Origin: an uncultured Actinomycetes bacterium
Lineage (GTDB): Bacteria > Actinomycetota > UBA4738 > HRBIN12
DNA length: 45,327 bases
Assembly: GCA_963704885.1 (NCBI GenBank)
Contig: CAVPIB010000002.1
Location: 1 to 45,327 of the forward strand
Direction of reading: 5' to 3'
A program made the translations under genes and the position numbers. Below the pieces are notes generated by a model, which had not been told where the DNA came from, did not search any database, and was given only the letters and a program-made list of their open reading frames with translations. Shown piece by piece: positions 22,151 to 30,931 of the stretch. Every line of letters starts with the position of its first letter. Position 1 is the stretch's first letter.

Positions 22151-22393
22151 TCACACGTCGTCGCGCACGATGCGCACCACCACCTCCGCAGTGGGGTGCC
22201 CGTTCGAGCGCCTGGACCTGAAGCTTCGAACGAGGATCGCGGTGAGCGCCGTGCTTCCGAGGATGACGCCCGCCACGGCCTTCAGCGACCGGACCGGGGC
22301 CGGGATGCGAGCCTCCAGCTCGCGCAGGTCGGTCTCGAGCTGACGGCGTGTCTCCTCGATCTCCTTCACCTTGCCATCTGCTGCTTGGCCCAT
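22151..22393 (-). CDS. Small membrane protein, DUF3618-like partner of the holin-like gene
   Basis: 'KEIEETRRQLETDLRELEARI' coiled coil followed by one TM helix; overlaps the 3' end of the holin-like gene. Confidence 0.65.
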   Translation of the reverse strand: MGQAADGKVKEIEETRRQLETDLRELEARIPAPVRSLKAVAGVILGSTALTAILVRSFRSRRSNGHPTAEVVVRIVRDDV

Positions 22394-22788
22394 CGAGCGT
22401 CCTCCTTCATGGTCTCCCTCGTCCGCTCCCCCGCCGAAGGAGCCGTTCGCAGGGTGCGGCGCCCGACGAGCACGAGCACCCCCGCAACCGCAACGAGCAG
22501 GGCGGCCACGATCAGGATCGCCGCCCACGTGGGCATCACCAGGGCGAGCGCCGCCGCGACCGCAGCCGCCGCGAACCCCAGGGCGAACAGCGCCACCGCG
22601 CCAGCTGCGGCCATCATCCCCGCGCCCTGCGCGCGGATCGATGCGGCCTCGACCACCTCGATCTTGGCGAGCTCGACCTGCTTGCGGAAGAGCGTGCGGG
22701 ATCCATCGACGACCGACGCCACGACCACGCCGAACGGCCGCTTCGCCCCGCCCTCCGGGCTCTCTTGATCACCGTTTCGAGCACTCAC
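22366..22788 (-). CDS. Actinobacterial holin-X-like (phage holin family) membrane protein
   Basis: 'TLFRKQVELAKIE', two TM helices, 'MPTWAAILIVA', 'ERTRETMKEDARWAK'; SD GGGAGG. Confidence 0.85.
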   Translation of the reverse strand: MSARNGDQESPEGGAKRPFGVVVASVVDGSRTLFRKQVELAKIEVVEAASIRAQGAGMMAAAGAVALFALGFAAAAVAAALALVMPTWAAILIVAALLVAVAGVLVLVGRRTLRTAPSAGERTRETMKEDARWAKQQMAR

Positions 22789-22926
22789 GATCTGGCCTCC
22801 CTTCGTTGACTACCACTTCCTTACCCTACGCAGTCAGGTTGCCCGTTCCGGCCAGTCATGCGATAACGAACATCCGTCCGCACGTCGGGCGGTCAGTCAC
22901 GCGCCAGCGGAAGGAGATGTGCGCCC

Positions 22927-23796
22927 ATGTTGCCCTCTCGCTTCGAGTACCACCGACCGTCGACCCTGGATGAAGCCCTCGATCTGCTCGCCACCTACGG
23001 CGAGGACGCCAAGGTGCTCGCCGGCGGTCAGAGCCTGATCCCCATGATGAAGCTGCGGTTCGCGTCTCCGGCTCACCTGATCGATGTGAACAGGATCGCC
23101 GGCCTTGACGGCATCAGCGACGGCGACGGAGGCCTGAAGATCGGCGCCCTGGTCCGGCACAACCAGCTCGCGGCCTCAGACGTGGTGAGCGCTCGCTATC
23201 CCACGATCGCCTCGGCGGCGCCGCAGATCGCCGACCCGTTGGTACGCAACCTGGGGACCATCGGCGGCTCGCTCGCCCACGCGGATCCCTCGGGCGACCT
23301 GGGCTCGGTGATGCTCGCGCTCGGTGCGAGCGTGGTGCTGAAGAGCGCGAACGGTGAGCGCGAGGTCCCCATCGGCGAGTTCTTGGTCGACACGTTCCAG
23401 ACGTCGATCGCACCGGGTGAGATCCTCACCGAGATCCACGTGCCGGCGCCGGGTGCTCGTTCAGGCGGCACATACCTGAAGCTCGAGCGCAAGGTGGGCG
23501 ACTACGCCACCGTGGCGGCCGCGGTCTTCCTGTCCATGAGCAACGGCACGATCGGCACCGCCGGCCTGGCACTCACGTCCGTTGGTCTGATGAACATCAA
23601 GGCCACCGCGGCCGAGGCCGCCTTGGTCGGCCAGGCGCCCGGCGTCGCCACTTTCGCGGAAGCGGGCCGGCTGGCAGCCGAGGCCTCGAGCCCCGTATCG
23701 GATGTTCGCGGCAGCGCCGACTACAAACGCCACATGGTCGACGTGTACGTCCGGCGCGGATTGGCGACCGCAGCCCAGATGGCCGGCGCGGCCTGA
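22927..23796 (+). CDS. coxM: Aerobic CO dehydrogenase medium (FAD) subunit
   Basis: 'VLAGGQSLIP', 'VRNLGTIGGSLAHADP', 'KLERKVGDYATVA'; first gene in M-S-L order. Confidence 0.95.
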   Translation: MLPSRFEYHRPSTLDEALDLLATYGEDAKVLAGGQSLIPMMKLRFASPAHLIDVNRIAGLDGISDGDGGLKIGALVRHNQLAASDVVSARYPTIASAAPQIADPLVRNLGTIGGSLAHADPSGDLGSVMLALGASVVLKSANGEREVPIGEFLVDTFQTSIAPGEILTEIHVPAPGARSGGTYLKLERKVGDYATVAAAVFLSMSNGTIGTAGLALTSVGLMNIKATAAEAALVGQAPGVATFAEAGRLAAEASSPVSDVRGSADYKRHMVDVYVRRGLATAAQMAGAA

Positions 23797-23818
23797 GCCC
23801 GAGGAGGAGACGCGAACC

Positions 23819-24304
23819 ATGGAAGTCACGATCAAGGTCAACGGAGCCGACAGGACGGCCGACGTCGAACCTCGACGTCTGCTGGTCCACGTGATCCGCG
23901 AGGACCTCGCCCTCACCGGCACCCACATCGGCTGCGACACGACGAGCTGTGGTGCGTGCACGGTCCTGCTGGACGGCGTCCCCGTGAAGTCCTGCACCGT
24001 GTTCGGGGTCCAGGCCGACGGCCGGGAGGTCACCACCGTCGAGGGACTGGCTACAGCGGCCGGTCTCGACCCTATCCAAGCCGCGTTCAAGGAAGAACAT
24101 GGTTTGCAGTGCGGCTTCTGCACGCCGGGGATGATGCTCGTCGGTTCCGCGCTCATCGCGGAGAACCCGGACCCAACCGACGACGACGTCCGGTGGGCGA
24201 TCTCGGGGCAGATCTGCCGGTGCACCGGCTACATGAACATCGTGAAAGCGATCCAGGCCGCGGCGAAGGCGAAGGCTGAGGCCTCCGCACCCGCCAACGC
24301 CTGA
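23819..24304 (+). CDS. coxS: Aerobic CO dehydrogenase small (2Fe-2S) subunit
   Basis: 'HIGCDTTSCGAC', 'HGLQCGFCTPG', 'ICRCTGY'; SD GAGGAGG. Confidence 0.96.
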   Translation: MEVTIKVNGADRTADVEPRRLLVHVIREDLALTGTHIGCDTTSCGACTVLLDGVPVKSCTVFGVQADGREVTTVEGLATAAGLDPIQAAFKEEHGLQCGFCTPGMMLVGSALIAENPDPTDDDVRWAISGQICRCTGYMNIVKAIQAAAKAKAEASAPANA

Positions 24305-24324
24305 GCGGAAGGAGCCAAACGAAG

Positions 24325-26682
24325 ATGGTAGACACCGAAGAGATCCGCGGGATCGGACACAGCGTCCGTCGAGTGGAGGACGACCGGTTCATCCGCGGCG
24401 CCGGCAACTACATCGACGACATCAACCTCCCCGGGATGCTGCACATGGCCATCCTGCGGAGCCCCTACGCGCACGCGAACCTCAAGAGCGTCGACGGTTC
24501 GAAGGCGCAAGCGCTCGACGGCGTGATCGCCGTCGTGACCGGTGAGCTGATGGCGCAGCACAACCTGGCGTGGATGCCCACGCTGTCCGGCGACACGCAG
24601 GCGGTCCTGGCGACAGACAAGGTTCGGTTCCAGGGGCAGGAGGTCGCGGCCGTGATCGCGACCGACCCGTACGTCGCGAAGGACGCCTTGGAGCTGATCG
24701 AGGTCGACTACGAGCCGCTGGACCCGGTCACCTCCCCGCAGCAGGCGCTCGGGGCCGACGCACCCGTGATCCGCACGGACAAGGAAGGTCAGGCCAACAA
24801 CCACATCTACGACTGGGAGACAGGCGACAAGGAGGCGACCGACGCGGCGTTCGCTGCTGCGGACAAGATCGTCTCGCTGGATACGTTCTACCCGCGTTGC
24901 CACCCGGCCCCGTTGGAGACGTGCGGCTGCATCGCGGACGTGAGCCCGGCGACCGGTCAGGTGACGATCTACATGACGTCGCAGGCGCCGCACGCGATCC
25001 GGACGGTGTTCGCGCTGGTGGCAGGCTTGCCCGAGGAGAAGATCCGGATCGTGTCTCCCGACATCGGGGGCGGCTTCGGGAACAAGGTTCCCGTCTACCC
25101 GGGCTACGTGGTGGCGACGGCAGCGTCGCTCCTGCTAGGCCACCCGGTCAAGTGGATCGAAGACCGGTCGGAGAACCTGATCTCGACCGGATTCGCCCGC
25201 GACTACCACATGCACGGCGAGCTCGCGCTGAAGAACGACGGGACCATGCTCGGTCTGCGGGCCTCGCTCCTGGCAGACGAGGGCGCGTTCTACGCCGACG
25301 CCCAGCCGTCCAAGTTCAAGGTCGGCTTGTTCCACATCGTGAGCGGGTCCTACGACCTACCCGCGACCCACGTCACGGCCGAGGGCGCGTATACGAACAA
25401 AGCGCCCGGAGGCGTGGCGTACCGATGCTCGTTCCGCGTGACGGAGGCCTCGTACCTGATCGAGCGCCTGGTGTCTAACGCCGCCTACGAGCTCGGGATG
25501 GATCCGGTCGACATCCGGAAGAAGAACTTCATCCAGAAGGACCAGTTCCCGTACACGTCGTCGACGGGCTTCGTCTACGACAGCGGCGACTATCAGGCCG
25601 CCATGGACAAGGCGCTCGACATGATCGGATACGACGACCTCCGCAAGGAGCAGGCGGAGGCACGGGCGCAGGGCAAGCTGTACGGCATCGGCGTCGCGTC
25701 GTTCACCGAGGTCGTGGGGGCAGGTCCCGCCAAGGACTACGACATCATCGGCATCAAGATGAACGACGGAGCCGAGCTGCGGATCCACCCGACCGGCAAG
25801 GCGATCCTCAAGCTCAGCTGCCAGACGCAGGGTCAGGGCCACGAGACGACCTTCGCTCAGATCGTCGCCGGCGAGCTGGGCATCCAGCCCGAGGACATCA
25901 AGGTCGTACACGGCGACACGGACAACACGCCGTACGGATTGGGCACGTACGCCTCGCGTTCCACGCCCACGTCGGGCGCGGCGACCGCGATGGTCGCCCG
26001 CCGCGTTCGAGAGAAGGCGATGAAGCTGGCGGCACACCTGCTCGAGGTCGCAGAGGAGGACATCGAGTACGAGGCCGGGAAGTTCTCGGTCCGCGGCGCT
26101 CCGGATCAGGTGAAGTCGATCCAGGACGTGGCGTTCGCGGCGTACACGAACTTCCCCGAGGGCATGGAGGCCGGGCTGGAAGGCGTTTACTACTACAACC
26201 CACCCAACCTGACTTTCCCGTTCGGGACCTACGTCGTCGCGGTCGAGGTCGACCCCGAGACCGGCGTGTGGAAGGTGCGGCGGATGGTCGCGGTGGACGA
26301 CTGCGGCGTGCGGATCAACCCGATGATCGTGGAAGGCCAGATCCAAGGCGGGCTCACCGAAGGCTACGCGATCGCGGCGATGGAGCTGATCACGTTCGAC
26401 GAGGTCGGCAACGCGATCGGCACGAACTTCATGGACTACCTGATCCCGACCGCGTGGGAGACACCGAAGTTCGAGCTGGGCGAGACCGTCACGCCGTCGC
26501 CGCACCACCCGATCGGAGCGAAGGGCGTCGGCGAGTCGGCCACGGTCGGCTCCCCCGCCGCCTACGTGAACGCGGTGATCGACGCGCTGTGGCCCGACGG
26601 TGTGAAGAACATCGACATGCCTGTCACCTCGGCGAAGGTCTGGGAGGCGTTGGAGGCCGCTAAGGCAGGTTCCTCGGCGTGA
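24325..26682 (+). CDS. coxL: Aerobic Mo-Cu CO dehydrogenase large subunit, form I
   Basis: Diagnostic AYRCSFR loop; 'HNLAWMPTL', 'GGGFGNKVPVYPGY', 'ARDYHM', 'HHPIGAKGVGES'. Confidence 0.98.
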   Translation: MVDTEEIRGIGHSVRRVEDDRFIRGAGNYIDDINLPGMLHMAILRSPYAHANLKSVDGSKAQALDGVIAVVTGELMAQHNLAWMPTLSGDTQAVLATDKVRFQGQEVAAVIATDPYVAKDALELIEVDYEPLDPVTSPQQALGADAPVIRTDKEGQANNHIYDWETGDKEATDAAFAAADKIVSLDTFYPRCHPAPLETCGCIADVSPATGQVTIYMTSQAPHAIRTVFALVAGLPEEKIRIVSPDIGGGFGNKVPVYPGYVVATAASLLLGHPVKWIEDRSENLISTGFARDYHMHGELALKNDGTMLGLRASLLADEGAFYADAQPSKFKVGLFHIVSGSYDLPATHVTAEGAYTNKAPGGVAYRCSFRVTEASYLIERLVSNAAYELGMDPVDIRKKNFIQKDQFPYTSSTGFVYDSGDYQAAMDKALDMIGYDDLRKEQAEARAQGKLYGIGVASFTEVVGAGPAKDYDIIGIKMNDGAELRIHPTGKAILKLSCQTQGQGHETTFAQIVAGELGIQPEDIKVVHGDTDNTPYGLGTYASRSTPTSGAATAMVARRVREKAMKLAAHLLEVAEEDIEYEAGKFSVRGAPDQVKSIQDVAFAAYTNFPEGMEAGLEGVYYYNPPNLTFPFGTYVVAVEVDPETGVWKVRRMVAVDDCGVRINPMIVEGQIQGGLTEGYAIAAMELITFDEVGNAIGTNFMDYLIPTAWETPKFELGETVTPSPHHPIGAKGVGESATVGSPAAYVNAVIDALWPDGVKNIDMPVTSAKVWEALEAAKAGSSA

Positions 26683-27605
26683 AGCCGGACGTCCTGGCGC
26701 TCGCCGCGGAGCTGTCGGGACGCGGTGAACCTTTCGTCCTTGCGACGGTGGTGTGGCGGCGGGCGCCATCGTCTGGCAAGGAGGGAGCCACCGCGCTGAT
26801 CACGCCCGACCGGCGCGTTCGTGGTTGGCTCGGCGGGGCGTGCGCCGAGCCCACGGTGGTCCGGGAGGCGCTGAAGGCGCTCGAGGAAGGCTCTCCGCGC
26901 CTGCTTTTCCTGGGTTCGCCCGAGGAGCTCGAGGGGCGCGCGCGCGAGGGCGTCGTCACCGTTCCGATCGCGTGCCAGAGCGAGGGAGCACTGGAGGTCT
27001 ACGTGGAACCGGTCCTGCCGCAACCGCAGCTCGTCGCGATCGGACGTTCGCCGGCGGCGAGGGCTCTCGCGGCGCTCGCGTCGGGTCTCGGCTGGCGGAG
27101 CCTCCTGCGGGAGGAGAACGCCGAGATCGACGACGGGGTCGACGACCGGTCCTACGTCGTGGTCGCGACCCAGGGGCACTTCGACGAGGATGCCCTGGAG
27201 CGCGCGCTGGCCACGCCCGCGGTGTACGTGGGCCTGGTCGCGTCGCGGAAACGGGCGGAGGCGGTTCTCGGATACCTGCGGGACCGCGGCGTGTCCGAGG
27301 AGGCGCTCGCGCGCGTCCACGCACCCGCCGGGCTTGACCTCGGCCACGTCGCCACGGACGAGATCGCGGTCGCGATACTGGCCGAGATCGTCCAGCTGCG
27401 GGCGGCCGGGTCGCTCGAGGCGGGGATGGTCGCCGAGGCGCCCGCGCGTCACGAGGAGGTCGACCCCGTCTGCGGCATGACCGTCGACGTGGCCGATGCG
27501 CGGTTCCGGACCGTGCACGACGGACTCACTTACTACTTCTGCTCCGCGGGATGCCTGGCGTCCTTCACGAAGGATCCGGCGTCGTACGTCGCGGTCGCTC
27601 CGTGA
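26679..27605 (+). CDS. XdhC/CoxF-family protein with a C-terminal YHS domain
   Basis: 'GWLGGACAEP', 'ACQSEG', 'VVATQG', 'YVGLVAS', 'APAGLDLG'; YHS 'DPVCGMTVD...YYFCSAGC'. Confidence 0.92.
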   Translation: MKPDVLALAAELSGRGEPFVLATVVWRRAPSSGKEGATALITPDRRVRGWLGGACAEPTVVREALKALEEGSPRLLFLGSPEELEGRAREGVVTVPIACQSEGALEVYVEPVLPQPQLVAIGRSPAARALAALASGLGWRSLLREENAEIDDGVDDRSYVVVATQGHFDEDALERALATPAVYVGLVASRKRAEAVLGYLRDRGVSEEALARVHAPAGLDLGHVATDEIAVAILAEIVQLRAAGSLEAGMVAEAPARHEEVDPVCGMTVDVADARFRTVHDGLTYYFCSAGCLASFTKDPASYVAVAP

Positions 27606-27627
27606 CGGCACCGGTAGGCTGGTCGCC

Positions 27628-28221
27628 GTGCTGATCGAGAACGAGTTCACCGTCGCGGCCGACCCCGCGTTCCTGTGGAGCTACCTCTTGGACGTGGAGA
27701 AGATCGCGCCGTGCATGCCGGGCGCCGAGCTCACGGAGGTCGTCGACGACAAGAACTGGAAGGGCAAGCTCAACGCGAAGTTCGGCCCTGTTTCGCTTTC
27801 GTTCGCGGGGACGGTCGTCATGGAAGAGCGCGACGATGCGGCGCACCGCGTGGTGCTCTCGGCGAAGGGTATGGAGGCGAAGGGCAAGGGGGCGGCGAAC
27901 GCCAAGGTGACGTCGTGGCTCGAGCCTCCGGTCGAGGGGAAGACGACCGTGAAGATGCAAGCGGACATCACGCTAACCGGCGCCGCCGCCCAGCTCTCTC
28001 GCGGCTTGCTCCCGGAGATCTCGAAGAAACTGACGCAGCAGTTCGCGGACTGTCTGGAGCAGTCGATCACAGCGGAGAGCGGGGGCGGCGAGAAGGCGGG
28101 CGGCGAGGCAGCACCCGCGGTGGCCAAGCCCGTCGGCGGGATCGGCCTGGGCATCTCGGCGATCTGGTCGATCATCTCGAACTTCTTCCGCAAGCTCTTC
28201 GGGCTGAAGCCCAAGTCCTGA
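27628..28221 (+). CDS. coxG: CO dehydrogenase subunit G (SRPBCC fold) with amphipathic C-terminus
   Basis: 'IENEFTV...LLDVEKIAPCMPGAEL', 'KGKGAANA', 'LTGAAAQ', 'QQFADCL'. Confidence 0.92.
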   Translation: MLIENEFTVAADPAFLWSYLLDVEKIAPCMPGAELTEVVDDKNWKGKLNAKFGPVSLSFAGTVVMEERDDAAHRVVLSAKGMEAKGKGAANAKVTSWLEPPVEGKTTVKMQADITLTGAAAQLSRGLLPEISKKLTQQFADCLEQSITAESGGGEKAGGEAAPAVAKPVGGIGLGISAIWSIISNFFRKLFGLKPKS

Positions 28222-28225
28222 GCCC

Positions 28226-28798
28226 GTGATCTCGGGCGTGGTGCTCGCAGCCGGAACCGGGTCGCGATTCGGTGCCACGAAGCAGCTCGTGGTGGTCGAC
28301 GGCAAACCCCTGGCGCAACACGCGATCGACGCCTTGATCGACGGTGGGGTCGACGAGCTGGTGGTCGTGACGGGCCACGACGCGGTCCGGGTAGCCTCGG
28401 GACTCGCGCTCCCCCCCGACGCACGGGTCGTCTACAACGCGGCGTACCGAGAGGGACAGTCGACGTCGCTCGGCGCCGGGCTCCACGCGCTCGACGACGA
28501 CAGCGAGGCGGCCGTCGTTCTGATGGCGGATCAACCTGGGGTTGGGGCCGACGTAGTGCAGGCGCTCATCGAACGGTTCCGCGCTACCCGCAAACAGATC
28601 GTGCGCGCGATGTTCGAGGACGGGCCTGGCCCTGCGCTCTTGTCGCGCGAGATCTACGCCGAGGCGGGCCACCTGCACGGCGACGTGGGGGCACGCGAGC
28701 TGGTCGCTTCCCACCCGGAGTGGGTGGAGGAGATCCAGTGCCAGGGTCCGGCGCCGCGTGACGTCGACACCCCGGAGGACCTTCCTACCGACCCCTAG
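28226..28798 (+). CDS. mocA: Molybdenum cofactor cytidylyltransferase (MocA-like)
   Basis: 'VLAAGTGSRFG.TKQL', 'GQSTSL', 'ADQP', 'GDVGAR', 'DVDTPED'; located in a cluster of MCD-dependent enzymes. Confidence 0.88.
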   Translation: MISGVVLAAGTGSRFGATKQLVVVDGKPLAQHAIDALIDGGVDELVVVTGHDAVRVASGLALPPDARVVYNAAYREGQSTSLGAGLHALDDDSEAAVVLMADQPGVGADVVQALIERFRATRKQIVRAMFEDGPGPALLSREIYAEAGHLHGDVGARELVASHPEWVEEIQCQGPAPRDVDTPEDLPTDP

Positions 28799-29220
28799 GG
28801 CTCGCTGCGAGAACGGACCATCGTTCGTTCGTCCGGGGACCCGAAGCCGAACTTCGCGTAGAGCTCGTGAGCATCTCGCGTTCCCAGGTACCACTGGAGG
28901 TCGCGGTGCTCCGGGAACTCCACGGCCTCGCGCACGAGCTCCACGCCGATGCCGCGCCCCCGATGCTCCGGCAGCACGAAGACGTCGCCCAGCCACGCCA
29001 TGTTCGACGCGTCGGAGACCACGCGACAGAAACCCACGAGCTGGTCGCCGTCATATGCAGCGATCACGCGGCTCGACTCTCGCACCAGCCGCTCGACCGT
29101 CTCGCGCGAGCGCCCGGGAACCCAGTAGGCCTCCTCGCTCAGGTACCGATGCACGACATCGACGTCCACGCGTGCGCGGTCGTCGTCGAGCTCAAGGCCC
29201 TCGCCGATCTGCCTTCTCAT
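28795..29220 (-). CDS. GNAT acetyltransferase
   Basis: 'VGFCRVVSD...WLGDVFVLPEHRGRGIG...TRDAHELYAKFGF'. Confidence 0.93.
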   Translation of the reverse strand: MRRQIGEGLELDDDRARVDVDVVHRYLSEEAYWVPGRSRETVERLVRESSRVIAAYDGDQLVGFCRVVSDASNMAWLGDVFVLPEHRGRGIGVELVREAVEFPEHRDLQWYLGTRDAHELYAKFGFGSPDERTMVRSRSEP

Positions 29221-29221
29221 C

Positions 29222-30037
29222 TCAGCAGGTCAGCCCCAGGCGTCGGTGCTGAAGCGCGGGGAGCCGCTGACGGATGTGCCGGAGCTCACCCAGGTCCAGA
29301 TCGGCGAACCACACGCCGTCGCCCTCGTCGGGCGCTCTGACTACAACCCGACCCCACGGATCCACGACCATCGAGTTCCCGTATGAGCGGCGTCCCTTCT
29401 CGGGCGCGCCGAACGTCCCCCACTGACCCGCCGCGACCACGTAGCACTGGTTCTCTATCGCTCGCGCGCGTATCAGGACCTCCCAATGGTCCCTGCCCGT
29501 CTCTTGCTGGAACTGCGCGGGGACCAGGAGCACCTCCGCTCCAAGGACCATGAGCCCGCGGTACAGCTCGGGGAACCGGAGGTCGTAACAGATCGACAGG
29601 CCCACCCTGGCCTGATCGGTCTCGTGGGTCACCAGCTGGTCGCCCGCGGTGAACGTGGCCGACTCCCGGAACGGCGGCTGACCGGGCAGTTCCACGTCGA
29701 ACAGATGGATCTTGCGGTAGTAGGCCACGAACTCACCTTCGCGATCGAAGAGGGTCGACGTGTTGTAGATGTGGCCCTCGGCGACCTCGAGGATGCTCCC
29801 GCCCAGCACCCACATCGAACGGTCGCGGGCGATCGACGCCAGGCGATCAGTCGTTGGACCGGGGATCGGCTCGGCGGCCTCGGCACGGCCCCGCGCCGAG
29901 GCGAGGTACGTGAACACCTCGGGAAGCACGGCGAGGTCGGCCCCTCCGTCGGCGGCCTCCCCCAGCAAACGCTCAGCGAGCGCAACGTTTGCGTCGACGT
30001 CCTCGCCGGATCGCATCTGACATATCGCCGCCCGCAT
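29222..30037 (-). CDS. Carbon-nitrogen hydrolase (Nit1-like)
   Basis: E-K-C triad: 'VLPE', 'YRKIHLFD', 'ICYDLRFPE'; 'RARAIENQCY'. Confidence 0.95.
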   Translation of the reverse strand: MRAAICQMRSGEDVDANVALAERLLGEAADGGADLAVLPEVFTYLASARGRAEAAEPIPGPTTDRLASIARDRSMWVLGGSILEVAEGHIYNTSTLFDREGEFVAYYRKIHLFDVELPGQPPFRESATFTAGDQLVTHETDQARVGLSICYDLRFPELYRGLMVLGAEVLLVPAQFQQETGRDHWEVLIRARAIENQCYVVAAGQWGTFGAPEKGRRSYGNSMVVDPWGRVVVRAPDEGDGVWFADLDLGELRHIRQRLPALQHRRLGLTC

Positions 30038-30048
30038 GGTCTGCAAGT

Positions 30049-30813
30049 CTAGGCGCGCTTGCGAGCCTTCCAGACCTCTTCGCTCGGCCATCGGTGCGCC
30101 CACTCCGCCGTGACGAACGTGGCCCCGGTCGTCGCGCCCTGCGGGGCCCGGATCTCGATGAAGTCCTCGATGTCGAAGCCGGTCGCGCGCAGCAGCCTGA
30201 TCATGTCGCCGTACCCAAGATGGAAGTCGACCGCGGTCTCGTTCGTCCACTCGAACCGACGGATGCCGAAGTAGTCGCGCTGCATCGAGTTCGACGCGGG
30301 GACCTCCACGTCTTCGTCGGAACAGAGCATCAGGATCGTTCCGTTGACGAGGAAGTGCAGGCGGCCGCCAGGTCGCAGGACACGGGCCGCCTCGGGGATC
30401 CAAAGGTAGGGGTCTGCCCAGATACTTGCCCCGTACTCCGAGATCGCGAGGTCGAAGCTCTCGTCGGCGAACGGGAGATGCTCGGCGTTCGCTTGCAGGA
30501 TCGGGAACGCAAGATCGAACTCCTCCTGGAGGCGAGTCGCGGTCCGCAGCTGCTCAGAGGAGTTGTCGATGCCCACGACGTGCGCGCCTCGACGGGCGAG
30601 CCACGCCGACACGTACGCGGTGCCACATCCCAGCTCGATGGTCGTAAGACCCGTCGCGTCATCCGGCAGCATCTCGACGTCGGTCTCGGGCACATCCCAG
30701 ATCCCCCAGCTCGGATCTGCATCCCAAGCGCGGTGACCAGGCTCGGCGTACTCGGCCGCCCAGTCATCCCAAGCCTCACGGTTCCGCAGGACGTGATCGG
30801 ATGCGTTACTCAT
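30049..30813 (-). CDS. Class I SAM-dependent methyltransferase
   Basis: 'IELGCGTAY', 'VVGIDNS', 'LPFADESFD...SEYGASIWADP', 'RVLRPGG'. Confidence 0.93.
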   Translation of the reverse strand: MSNASDHVLRNREAWDDWAAEYAEPGHRAWDADPSWGIWDVPETDVEMLPDDATGLTTIELGCGTAYVSAWLARRGAHVVGIDNSSEQLRTATRLQEEFDLAFPILQANAEHLPFADESFDLAISEYGASIWADPYLWIPEAARVLRPGGRLHFLVNGTILMLCSDEDVEVPASNSMQRDYFGIRRFEWTNETAVDFHLGYGDMIRLLRATGFDIEDFIEIRAPQGATTGATFVTAEWAHRWPSEEVWKARKRA

Positions 30814-30931
30814 CGAAGATCTCCTCGGTGGGCGAGAAGCGGGAAGGGCATCCATTCCCAGCCGATCCTTTCACACGGCGCCGCTCACCGCGCCGAGGGC
30901 GTTCGCCGGCCCAGCGCTCGGATGAGCGCGG

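Noticed and set aside
22151-22788. Holin-like gene as evidence of a prophage
   Set aside because: No endolysin, structural or integrase genes; this family is commonly chromosomal in Actinomycetota.
22789-22926. SigF/SigB-type promoter for the holin-like pair
   Set aside because: GGGTAA is present on the minus strand, but there is no matching GTTT -35 at the expected spacing.
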